This document shows, piece after piece, positions 10,124 through 18,196 of a stretch of 28,564 nucleotides of DNA. Both the position numbers and the translations under genes were made by a program. The DNA is from a virus (Duplodnaviria > Caudoviricetes): positions 1 through 28,564 of the IMG/VR virus record IMGVR_UViG_3300030098_000476. One strand, written 5' to 3'. The stretch's first letter is position 1, and the number at the start of each line of letters is the position of its first letter. Below the pieces are notes generated by a model, which was given only the letters and a program-made list of their open reading frames with translations, had not been told where the DNA came from and did not search any database.

Positions 10124-10909
10124 ATGGACATCAAAGAACAAATATTAGTAGCTCTTGGTCTTAATAAAGACGAAGAAGTTAAATTAGCATTTCAAGCTAA
10201 AACCGAAGATGGTACTATGTTAGTATCTACTGCAGAAGAATTAGAAGCAGGAGTTGACATATCAGTAATGACTGATGATGGTACTACAATTTTATTACCT
10301 GTTGGAACATATAAATTAGATACAGGAGTATCTTTCAGGGTAGAAGAAGAAGGAATAGTTGCTGAAGTTATCGAGAGTGAAACTGAAGAAGAAATCGAAG
10401 CTGGCGATGATAAAGAAGAAATGACTGCAGATGAAGCGTATGAAAAAGCTGAATTTGAAGATAAAAATGAAGATTTAAAACATAAACCAGGACATGAAGA
10501 TTATGCAGAAGAATTTCCTGAAACACCTGCAGAAAAAGCAGATTGGGCAAAGACTTATGAAGAAATGAAGCAAAAAGTTCAAAACCTAGAAGACGCAGTT
10601 GCAGATATAAAAGCAAAAATGGGGGAAGGAATGGAAGAAGAAGTTGATTTGTCAGAAGAACAAACTGAAGAAAAAACTGATTCACCGAAAACTGTTACAA
10701 CAAAGACTACTGAGGTTGTTGAATTTTCTAAAGAGGAAGTAGAAGCATTAAAAGAAGAAAATGAAAAACTAAAAGCTGAATTATCTTCTTCTCCTGCTGA
10801 ATCACCTCTAAACACAAACAAGTTTAGTTCAGACAGAAAACCTTTAAGTAGGAAAGAATACAACAAACTTTCTAGACAAGAAAGATTTTTATACAATTTA
10901 AACAAATAA
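10124..10909 (+). CDS. Capsid scaffolding protein
   Basis: 261 aa, very acidic, coiled coil, basic C-terminus; between protease and capsid. Confidence 0.7.
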   Translation: MDIKEQILVALGLNKDEEVKLAFQAKTEDGTMLVSTAEELEAGVDISVMTDDGTTILLPVGTYKLDTGVSFRVEEEGIVAEVIESETEEEIEAGDDKEEMTADEAYEKAEFEDKNEDLKHKPGHEDYAEEFPETPAEKADWAKTYEEMKQKVQNLEDAVADIKAKMGEGMEEEVDLSEEQTEEKTDSPKTVTTKTTEVVEFSKEEVEALKEENEKLKAELSSSPAESPLNTNKFSSDRKPLSRKEYNKLSRQERFLYNLNK

Positions 10910-10933
10910 TATTAACAAAAAAAATAAATTAAA

Positions 10934-11848
10934 ATGGCGTTAACAACAACATCAAATTTTAGTGGTAAAGCAGCTGGATTTTATATCTCAGCAGCTCTTA
11001 AAGAGGCTAAATCTTTAGACTTCTTAACTACTATTGAAAACATCAAATTTAAAAGTAACATTCAGAAAATGAATGCAACAGGAATGGTAAAAAATGCAGC
11101 GTGTGACTTTAGTGAAGCAGGTACTCTTGCATTAACTGAGAATGTACTTGAACCAAAATTATTAATGATTAACACGGATTTATGTAAGAAAGATTTACTA
11201 GATTCGTGGGAAGCATTACAAATGAGAGCAGGAGCAGGTGCTCCACCTCCAGCATCTTTTGAAGATTATGTAATTTCTTATTTAAGTGGAATTATAGCAG
11301 ATGGAGTTGAAGGTGATATATGGGCAGGTGATAATGGTGCAGGAAGATTCTTAGGATTCTTAGATGCAGCAGCAGGTACTATTGCTACAGGTGCTGGTAT
11401 CGTTGCTTCATCAGCTTCAGCAGCTTATACTACAGGTAACATCATAGCTAACTTACAGACTTTAGTTACTGATTGGTCAGCAGCTTCAAGTGCAGTTAAC
11501 ACAATGTACAAAGAAGATACGTACATATACATGAATAAAAAGACTTACTCTATGTATATTTCTGCAGTATCTACATTAGGATATGTAAATGCTTACAACA
11601 TGAATGGTGACTATGAGCCTGTATTTGAAGGACACAAGATAGCTGTTTGTCCAGGTATGCTAGATAATAAAGTTGTATGTGCTGAGAAATCTAACTTATT
11701 CTTTGGAACTGACTTATTATCTGACCACACTAGAATCCAATTATTAGATATGGGTAACTTAGATGGTTCTGATAACTTAAGAGTAGTTGCTAGATATTCA
11801 GCAGGTGTTCAGACAGGTATCAACGCTGACATCGTTTATCAATCATAA
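10934..11848 (+). CDS. Major capsid protein
   Basis: 304 aa after the scaffold; SNLFFGTDLLSD and DGSDNLRVVARY motifs; followed by a hairpin. Confidence 0.8.
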   Translation: MALTTTSNFSGKAAGFYISAALKEAKSLDFLTTIENIKFKSNIQKMNATGMVKNAACDFSEAGTLALTENVLEPKLLMINTDLCKKDLLDSWEALQMRAGAGAPPPASFEDYVISYLSGIIADGVEGDIWAGDNGAGRFLGFLDAAAGTIATGAGIVASSASAAYTTGNIIANLQTLVTDWSAASSAVNTMYKEDTYIYMNKKTYSMYISAVSTLGYVNAYNMNGDYEPVFEGHKIAVCPGMLDNKVVCAEKSNLFFGTDLLSDHTRIQLLDMGNLDGSDNLRVVARYSAGVQTGINADIVYQS

Positions 11849-11861
11849 ATAAATTAAATGA

Positions 11862-11886
11862 AAGTGGGGGTATTATACCCTCACTT
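11862..11886 (+). terminator. Hairpin after the capsid gene (weak terminator or mRNA stabiliser)
   Basis: AAGTGGGGGT-ATTAT-ACCCTCACTT 10-bp stem; poor U tail. Confidence 0.5.
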
Positions 11887-11912
11887 CCTTAACCTTAAAA
11901 ACATAAATAAAT

Positions 11913-12494
11913 ATGGCATGCGGAACATTAACAAAAGGTAGAGGGCTAGATTGTAATAGAATATCAGGCGGAATTAAGAATGTTTATTTTGCAGTATATG
12001 ACCAAGTATTATCTACAACTTTAGGTACAGGAGCTGACTTAGGTAGTATTACAGATATTGATATGGGAACAAGTAGTTTGTATAAATACGTAATGCCTTT
12101 AGGCGTTGCTAGTTTGACAGACACTATTACAGGTTCACGTGAAAATGGTACTATCTTTTATACTCCTACAATAAACATTATACTTAATAGACTAACAAAA
12201 GAAGACCAAAATCAGATAAAATTATTAGGTGCTACTAAAACTATTATATTTGCTGAATTAAATGCTACATTGACTTCAAGTGGTAACACAGTTATTGTAT
12301 GCTTAGGTAGAGTTAATGGTATGGAACTTAATACAGGTACTATGGATAGTGGTGCTGCATTCGGTGATAGAGGGGGTTATACATTGACATTTGACGGCTT
12401 AGAAACTGAACCATTTTTAATGGTAAAAGATTATACATCTACTCCATTTGACAATGCAGATAGTAGTAATCCAATACCGATTGTATCATCTTAA
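11913..12494 (+). CDS. Major tail tube protein
   Basis: 193 aa; GGIKNVYF, SRENGTIFYTPT, SGAAFGDRGGYTLTFDGLE motifs. Confidence 0.65.
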   Translation: MACGTLTKGRGLDCNRISGGIKNVYFAVYDQVLSTTLGTGADLGSITDIDMGTSSLYKYVMPLGVASLTDTITGSRENGTIFYTPTINIILNRLTKEDQNQIKLLGATKTIIFAELNATLTSSGNTVIVCLGRVNGMELNTGTMDSGAAFGDRGGYTLTFDGLETEPFLMVKDYTSTPFDNADSSNPIPIVSS

Positions 12495-12519
12495 AACATT
12501 TTGTAGTTTTAATATAGCT

Positions 12520-12570
12520 TGATGAGGGTGGTAAGGTTCGACCTTATATAGAGTAATCTAGCGTTCATCA
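12520..12570 (+). ncRNA. Small multi-stem structured element of unknown function
   Basis: TGATGAG/TTCATCA stem enclosing TAAGG-TTCGA-CCTTA and TAGA-GTAA-TCTA hairpins. Confidence 0.4.
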
Positions 12571-12576
12571 TAAAGA

Positions 12577-12603
12577 AGGGTAGCTTCGGCTACTCTTTTT
12601 TTT
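12577..12603 (+). terminator. Rho-independent terminator
   Basis: AGGGTAGC-TTCG-GCTACTCT with a cUUCGg loop followed by a T run. Confidence 0.9.
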
Positions 12604-12610
12604 ATATAAG

Positions 12611-12640
12611 CAAATAAATAGAAAGTTTTTACATTATATA
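12611..12640 (+). promoter_or_regulatory. Putative phage late promoter, copy 3
   Basis: CAAATA-N13-TACATTATATA just after the terminator and 2 nt before ATG 12643. Confidence 0.75.
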
Positions 12641-12642
12641 AT

Positions 12643-13188
12643 ATGATACAAGGTAAAACCAAGTCAGCATTACTAAGCAACACAGATGGAATAATAGTTA
12701 CAGAGGATAATAGAATCTATCAGTTTTATTTACCACCATGTCCTGCAGCAATAGAAGGTCGTAATGTGCCTAAGACACAAATTAGATTATTATTTAAGTT
12801 CATAAACCAAATGGACAAATCTGTTCAGTATGCATACAATAAAGGTGGTAGTTCTAATATATTTGATAGATATACAGCAATACAGTTTAGTTACGAAGCT
12901 ACATTAGATTCAAATAGTGTATATAATGGTGAAACAAGTTTTAAAATGGCAGGAACTTATGTTTATGAGGTTTACGAAGTATCTTGGGATGGTACGGTTA
13001 GTTTAACACCAACAACAGCACCTGCTACAGAAACGCAAGTTTTAGAACCTGCAGATACAGCAGGTGTAGTAAGAGGATTAGTAACTAAAGGTCTGATGTA
13101 TTTAACAGACGTTGATGGAACACAAGAAGTACAATATACGCAACACCCTGAGCCAAGTGGTACAAATTATATATACTACGGACAATAA
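12643..13188 (+). CDS. Hypothetical virion protein
   Basis: 181 aa beta-rich ORF directly upstream of the portal. Confidence 0.55.
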   Translation: MIQGKTKSALLSNTDGIIVTEDNRIYQFYLPPCPAAIEGRNVPKTQIRLLFKFINQMDKSVQYAYNKGGSSNIFDRYTAIQFSYEATLDSNSVYNGETSFKMAGTYVYEVYEVSWDGTVSLTPTTAPATETQVLEPADTAGVVRGLVTKGLMYLTDVDGTQEVQYTQHPEPSGTNYIYYGQ

Positions 13189-13197
13189 AAATAAATT

Positions 13198-15258
13198 ATG
13201 AAAGATAACATTTTAAATATCAACTTAGAAACAGAAACAGCACCTCACGTAATAGAAGAAAGAGGTAAAGATTGGATTAGTTATGGAACAGAAAATTGGA
13301 ACAACTTATATCCGCAGTTTTTAATTGATTTATACTACAATTCTTCAACTCAGGCAGCTATTATTAATGCAACAGCAGAAATGATAGCAGCAGAAAACTT
13401 AGTAATAGAAGATGAAGAAGATAGAAATATTGATGCTAGAGTTAAATTAAGCCATTTCATGGATAGAGCTAACTCGAAAGAAAGCCTACATGAAGTAATA
13501 AAGAAAATAGCATTTGATTTTAAACTTCAAGGTGCATTTGCACTTAATATAGTGTGGTCTAAGGACAGAACTCAGATAGCAGAGATATATCATATACCTG
13601 TTGAGAAGATAAGGGCAGAGAAGCCAAATAAAATGGGTAGGGTAGAAGCGTTTTATGTATCATCTGATTGGAGAAATACAAGAATCAACAAGCCTTACAG
13701 AGTACCTGCATTCAACACTAATGACAGGACTTCTGCAAATCAAATTCTTTATTCAGGTCTTTATAGTCCTAATATGAACGTATATCACACTCCTGATTAC
13801 GTAGCCGCTAACAATTGGGCATTAGTAGACCAAAAGGTTGCGGAATACCATTTAGCTAATATTTCTAATGGATTTGCAGGTTCATACTTCATCAGCTTTG
13901 CTAACGGTATACCAACAGCTGAAGAGCGTTATCAAATAGAACAAAGTCTAGCAGATAAATTCACAGGAGAAAAGGCAGCAGGACGATTTGTATTGACATT
14001 CTCAGACGATAGAACAAGAACTCCGGAAATAGTACCAATCAGTATGTCTGACGCAGATAAGCAATATCTAGCATTACAGGAACTTTTGGTTCAGAATATA
14101 TTGACAGGTCACAGAGTTACTTCTCCTATGCTTATGGGTATTAAGAACGAAACAGGATTAGGTTCAAATGTAGACGAACTTAATGCAGCAGCAAATTTTT
14201 ATCTAAATACTGTCGTAAAACCTTATCAGGACCATATTGTAAAAGAGCTAAGAAAGATATTTAAGGTAAACAACATGGATATGCCTGTTAACTTCGTTCA
14301 GTTAAAACCTATTACAGTACAGTTTACAAGTGAAGATTTAAAAGGTGTAATGACGCAAGATGAAATAAGAGATGAATTAGGTTTAGAGCCATTAGATTTA
14401 GAGATAAGAGAAGATTTTGCAAAAGTTGGTAGTATGGTTACAGACGGTAAAGATGGTAAGATAGATTTACCGTTGTATGAAACAAAAGAGGAAGCTGAAG
14501 CAGAAGCTGAAAGAATAGGATGTAAAGGTTCGCATATACATACTATGGATGGTAAGGAGTATTATATGCCTTGTGAAAACCACGACCAAATAAAACAAAT
14601 AAATGCTCAGTGTAATTGTAAGTTAAGTAGTGAAACAGAACTTACAGAACTTTCTAAATTTATAAAAGAATTTGGAGAAGATATACCTGAAGATTGGGAA
14701 TTAGTAGATGAAGAAGTAGTAGATGGTGAGCATCAGGATTTTAACTACGAAACTGAATTAAATAAAGCTGTAAACGAAAAATATGATTTTGCAGTAAGCA
14801 CAGGAACAGCAAGACCAAATGCAAGAAGCGAACAAGATGGCTTGAACAGGTCAGGCAATGATTTTTACAAAGTTAGATATGTATATACTAAAGATAATTT
14901 TTTAAGTCAAGAAGGAGAAACTAGAGATTTTTGCCGCCAAATGATGTCAGCTAATAAAATCTATCGTAAAGAAGATATTTTACAAATGACAGATAGGAAA
15001 GTTAATCCGGGCTGGGGACCTCGTGGAGCAGATACTTACTCAATCTGGTTATGGAAAGGAGGCGGAAACTGTCACCATTTTTGGTTAAGAAGAATTTACA
15101 AAACATCTCTAAGAGGTGCAAAAAGTAAAATTAACGACAATCAAATTATTAGTTACACTAAAGCACTATCAGAAGGGTTCACAGCAGAGCGTAATGATGC
15201 ACTTGTAGCAAGACCACCAAAAAGAATGATTAACCAAGGATTTTTAGAACCAAGATAA
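13198..15258 (+). CDS. Portal protein with C-terminal MuF-like extension
   Basis: N-terminal ~400 aa portal-like (ILTGHRVTSPMLMGI, MTQDEIRDELGLEPL); C-terminal TRDFCRQM..KGGGNCHHFW. Confidence 0.75.
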   Translation: MKDNILNINLETETAPHVIEERGKDWISYGTENWNNLYPQFLIDLYYNSSTQAAIINATAEMIAAENLVIEDEEDRNIDARVKLSHFMDRANSKESLHEVIKKIAFDFKLQGAFALNIVWSKDRTQIAEIYHIPVEKIRAEKPNKMGRVEAFYVSSDWRNTRINKPYRVPAFNTNDRTSANQILYSGLYSPNMNVYHTPDYVAANNWALVDQKVAEYHLANISNGFAGSYFISFANGIPTAEERYQIEQSLADKFTGEKAAGRFVLTFSDDRTRTPEIVPISMSDADKQYLALQELLVQNILTGHRVTSPMLMGIKNETGLGSNVDELNAAANFYLNTVVKPYQDHIVKELRKIFKVNNMDMPVNFVQLKPITVQFTSEDLKGVMTQDEIRDELGLEPLDLEIREDFAKVGSMVTDGKDGKIDLPLYETKEEAEAEAERIGCKGSHIHTMDGKEYYMPCENHDQIKQINAQCNCKLSSETELTELSKFIKEFGEDIPEDWELVDEEVVDGEHQDFNYETELNKAVNEKYDFAVSTGTARPNARSEQDGLNRSGNDFYKVRYVYTKDNFLSQEGETRDFCRQMMSANKIYRKEDILQMTDRKVNPGWGPRGADTYSIWLWKGGGNCHHFWLRRIYKTSLRGAKSKINDNQIISYTKALSEGFTAERNDALVARPPKRMINQGFLEPR

Positions 15259-15260
15259 TT

Positions 15261-15833
15261 ATGGCATACGTATTATTCATATCAGAACAAAAACTCAAAG
15301 ACAGCACAGCAATCAACCTGAACGTTGATGTAGATTTATTATTACCTTATGTAAGGCAAGCACAGAAGTTGTATGTCGAAGCTAAACTAGGAACGAAACT
15401 TACGCAAAAATTAAAAGATTTAATTACCGCAGGAACTTTAGGTAATGTAGGTAATGAAGCGTATAAATCTTTAGTTGATGATTACATAGGTGACATGTTG
15501 CCGAATTGGGCTTTTTATCACGCAGTACCTTTTTTAAGATTTAAAATAGAAAATGGTAATATTTATTCAAAGACATCTGAAACAGGAACTGCTTTAAGTA
15601 CAGACGAAGCACAACACCTTAGAGAAGAAGTAAGAAATACTGCTGAATATTATACAGAACGTATGATTGATTATGTTAGAAACAATATAAGTAGTTTTCC
15701 TGAATATAATCAAAATAGCGGTGCTGATGTTAATCCAGACCCTAATGCATATTATAATGGTATGAATCTTGAAAAACCAAGACAAGGAACTGAGATAACT
15801 TTGAGAAACTTTTTAAATGCTTCTGACTATTGA
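15261..15833 (+). CDS. Putative head-tail adaptor protein
   Basis: 190 aa helical protein after the portal (LFIS..LK..NVD..PY..AQ..LGT.L). Confidence 0.55.
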   Translation: MAYVLFISEQKLKDSTAINLNVDVDLLLPYVRQAQKLYVEAKLGTKLTQKLKDLITAGTLGNVGNEAYKSLVDDYIGDMLPNWAFYHAVPFLRFKIENGNIYSKTSETGTALSTDEAQHLREEVRNTAEYYTERMIDYVRNNISSFPEYNQNSGADVNPDPNAYYNGMNLEKPRQGTEITLRNFLNASDY

Positions 15834-15835
15834 TA

Positions 15836-15952
15836 ATGAAGAAATATTACAAACCAAAAAAAACTAACATAACTAAATTGAAATCATATTTAGATAAAAA
15901 TAATACAAATGGACAACGTAAAAGACACAGTACAAGTAGCTGTAGCAAATAG
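15836..15952 (+). CDS. Small basic hypothetical protein, 38 aa
   Basis: MKKYYKPKKTNITKLKSYL...; starts 2 nt after the previous stop; not in the ORF track. Confidence 0.4.
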   Translation: MKKYYKPKKTNITKLKSYLDKNNTNGQRKRHSTSSCSK

Positions 15953-16067
15953 CACAGCAATAGGATTCAGTATTACAGATTGTAATGAAATCCTCACATT
16001 CGTATCATTAATACTAGCAATAGCGTTTACCATTTACAAGTTTTTTAAATTTAACAAAGATGCCTAA
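15909..16067 (+). CDS. Small membrane protein, holin-like, 52 aa
   Basis: MDNVKDTVQVAVANSTAIGFSITDCNEILTFVSLILAIAFTIYKFFKFNKDA; hydrophobic helix plus basic tail, upstream of the endolysin. Confidence 0.6.
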   Translation: MDNVKDTVQVAVANSTAIGFSITDCNEILTFVSLILAIAFTIYKFFKFNKDA

Positions 16068-16191
16068 GAAAAGAAAGCTCAACTCAAAGAACCCTAAATA
16101 TTTAAGAAATGTTGAAAAGGATATTAAAGTTCGTAGAGAACTTGCTTGCGAAGCTAAAGGTTGTAAAGTTTACAAAGTATATTCCCTTTAA
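16060..16191 (+). CDS. Small basic hypothetical protein, 43 aa
   Basis: MPKKRKLNSKNPKYLRNVEKDIKVRRELACEAKGCKVYKVYSL; fills the gap before the endolysin. Confidence 0.5.
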   Translation: MPKKRKLNSKNPKYLRNVEKDIKVRRELACEAKGCKVYKVYSL

Positions 16192-16192
16192 T

Positions 16193-16555
16193 TTGGATTT
16201 AACATATTTTACAATCACTGAATTTGATAGTCCTGATGAATATGGCTCAGGTTATAGAATGAACAAAGATTTTCTAAGAAGATTAGATACAGCTAGGGGT
16301 ATAGCTGGTATTCCTTTTAAAATTAATTCAGGGTACAGAACAGCACATCACAATGATACTGTATTAGGTGCTAGAGTAGGTTCAAGCCACAAAAAAGGAT
16401 TAGCTGTTGATATAGCGTACAAAGGTAGTAGAGAAAGGTATTTAATTATTAATGCTTTAATGATAGTAGGCGTAAACAGATTTGGAATAGGCAAGACTTT
16501 TATACATGCTGATGTTGATAAAAACAAAGATGAAGATGTTATATGGCTATATTGA
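16193..16555 (+). CDS. Endolysin, peptidase M15 family
   Basis: INSGYRT..HN, SSHKKGLAVDI and FIHAD Zn-peptidase motifs. Probable TTG start at 16193; the track extends it to 16109. Confidence 0.85.
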   Translation: MDLTYFTITEFDSPDEYGSGYRMNKDFLRRLDTARGIAGIPFKINSGYRTAHHNDTVLGARVGSSHKKGLAVDIAYKGSRERYLIINALMIVGVNRFGIGKTFIHADVDKNKDEDVIWLY

Positions 16556-16591
16556 GCCACTAATTTTGAATATTAACCAAATAAATATATT

Positions 16592-16777
16592 ATGAAATTT
16601 ATTTTAACACAATTATTGAAATCAAAGAAAGTATGGTTAGGTATATCATCTATTATTATACCTATGATTGCAAACTTTTTAGGAGCTGATGAAGAAGCTG
16701 TATCTAAGATATGGTATTCACTATTAGCTATGTTATTAGGACAATCTGCTGCAGATTTTGGTAAAGAACGAAAGTAA
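16592..16777 (+). CDS. Holin
   Basis: 61 aa, two hydrophobic segments, KSKKVW N-terminus, next to the endolysin. Confidence 0.7.
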   Translation: MKFILTQLLKSKKVWLGISSIIIPMIANFLGADEEAVSKIWYSLLAMLLGQSAADFGKERK

Positions 16778-17486
16778 TAGATATAGACTAAAACCACACG
16801 AGATTGTGGCACTAGAAAAGATGAGGGAATCCGAGACTAGAAATGTTCTAGTCATCGGTGACCTTCATGAACCATTTTGCTTAGATTCATACTTAGAATT
16901 CTGTATAGACCAATACTATTTCTATAATTGCACGGAGGTAGTCTTTATAGGCGATATAATCGACAATCACTATTCAAGCTACCATGAGTCCTCAGCTGAC
17001 GGATTAGGTGGCTTAGACGAGTTAGAATTAGCTATTAAGCGTATAGCACGTTGGCGTAACGCATTTCCGATGGCTACTGTTATAATCGGTAACCATGACC
17101 GCATTATAATGCGTAAGGCACAAACTTCTAGTATTCCTAGCAAATGGATTAAATCATACAAAGAAGTATTAGAAGTACCTGATTGGAACTTCGTTGAAAG
17201 ATACGAGAAAGACAACGTACAATACATTCATGGAGAAGGTGGTACGGCGAGAACCAAATGTCGTGCTGATATGATGAATACAGTACAAGGACATTTACAC
17301 ACACAAGCATACTGCGAACATTATGTTGGTAAGCGTTTCAGAGTATTTGGAATGCAAGTTGGTTGCGGTATAAACCACAAAAGTTACGCGATGGCGTATG
17401 CAAAATACGGAAAAAGACCAGCCGTGGGGGTAGGAATTGTCAGCAATAATGGCAAAACTCCCATAAATATTCTGATGCCTTTATAA
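16758..17486 (+). CDS. Calcineurin-like metallophosphoesterase
   Basis: GDLH, GDIID, GNHD, HG and GHLH motifs in canonical order. Confidence 0.9.
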   Translation: MVKNESNRYRLKPHEIVALEKMRESETRNVLVIGDLHEPFCLDSYLEFCIDQYYFYNCTEVVFIGDIIDNHYSSYHESSADGLGGLDELELAIKRIARWRNAFPMATVIIGNHDRIIMRKAQTSSIPSKWIKSYKEVLEVPDWNFVERYEKDNVQYIHGEGGTARTKCRADMMNTVQGHLHTQAYCEHYVGKRFRVFGMQVGCGINHKSYAMAYAKYGKRPAVGVGIVSNNGKTPINILMPL

Positions 17487-17547
17487 AATTTTCACACTAA
17501 TTTACTAGATATAGATACACTTTTTTGTTAAAAAAAACGTTAAAAAG

Positions 17548-17578
17548 TTTGTTAATATAAAAAAAGTATGTATATTTG
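17548..17578 (+). promoter_or_regulatory. Bacteroidota housekeeping-sigma promoter (early promoter)
   Basis: TTTG (17548-17551), 19-nt spacer, TATATTTG (17571-17578); matches the -33/-7 consensus TTTG..TAnnTTTG. Confidence 0.85.
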
Positions 17579-17587
17579 TTCCATAAT

Positions 17588-17909
17588 TAGTTCATTGAAA
17601 TAGTAGTAAACGAATCTTGAATATAGGAAACTAGACGCGCACCCTAGCGATGAGGGTTAAATATGTTATACGCTTTATAAAATAAAATAGCAACAATGTT
17701 ATTCTAATACTTGGCGAGGTATTAAACATATTTAAACGATGGGATTAGGCTCTGTGATAGCATATAAACCGAAGCGAGGCAAGTGGTATTATCACATCAA
17801 ATAAAGGTTTGATGTAAAGGCTCAAAAGGTTGATAATAAATCGTACTCAGTATGTGGACGTGCTAGTAAACGAAGTACTACAAGTTGACACTACTATTTC
17901 AATTAACTA
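17588..17909 (+). ncRNA. Large (~320 nt) structured RNA, unassigned family
   Basis: 20-bp terminal inverted repeat (1 mismatch) enclosing at least 8 internal stems with G-U pairs and GNRA-type loops; no credible ORF. Confidence 0.7.
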
Positions 17910-17938
17910 TAATAATTATTAACTTAAATAAAACAGAA

Positions 17939-18196
17939 ATGAAATCAAATTTTAAAATGCTAGAAGCAACAGGAAAACAAGAAGCTATTATATCTATATG
18001 CGATGTAATGGCAGAAAACCCAGTATGGCTTAATAAATGTAAAAGCGATTTATTTGCTTTACTTAATGACTTATCTACTACTAGGCAGCGTTCTATGTGG
18101 TTAGATTGTCTTACTTGGAATCAGGTAAGAGATTTATTTATTGAGATTAAAACTGAATACTACAACTTTAAAGATATTACACAATGGAACTTTTAA
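17939..18196 (+). CDS. Early hypothetical protein
   Basis: ATG 17939 after an A-rich leader; the track's TTG 17885 falls inside the RNA stem. Confidence 0.65.
   Translation: MKSNFKMLEATGKQEAIISICDVMAENPVWLNKCKSDLFALLNDLSTTRQRSMWLDCLTWNQVRDLFIEIKTEYYNFKDITQWNF

Noticed and set aside
12517-12575. Hammerhead ribozyme or tRNA fragment (TTGATGAG; GGTTCGA)
   Set aside because: The core is UUGAUGA rather than CUGAUGA and there is no matching GAAA; no cloverleaf or CCA end.
16109-16192. N-terminal extension of the endolysin in the ORF track
   Set aside because: It overlaps a better-coupled 43-aa ORF; the peptidase domain starts near TTG 16193.
17663-17680. tmRNA-like tag (ATG TTA TAC GCT TTA TAA, MLYAL) in the large RNA
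   Set aside because: No tRNA-like acceptor/T-arm ends and no terminal AA residues; probably chance.
17841-17863. Group II intron domain V-like hairpin with an AC bulge
   Set aside because: It lacks the AGC/CGC triad and the basal helix, there is no GUGYG 5' end, and no gene is interrupted.
17588-17909. Retron msr-msd, DGR, MITE or CRISPR interpretation of the inverted-repeat-bounded region
   Set aside because: No reverse transcriptase, transposase or Cas gene was recognised, there is no repeat-spacer periodicity, and no target duplication flanks the inverted repeats.
17885-17938. TTG start of ORF 17885-18196
   Set aside because: It lies within the 3' arm of the RNA stem; ATG 17939 has the typical A-rich initiation context.
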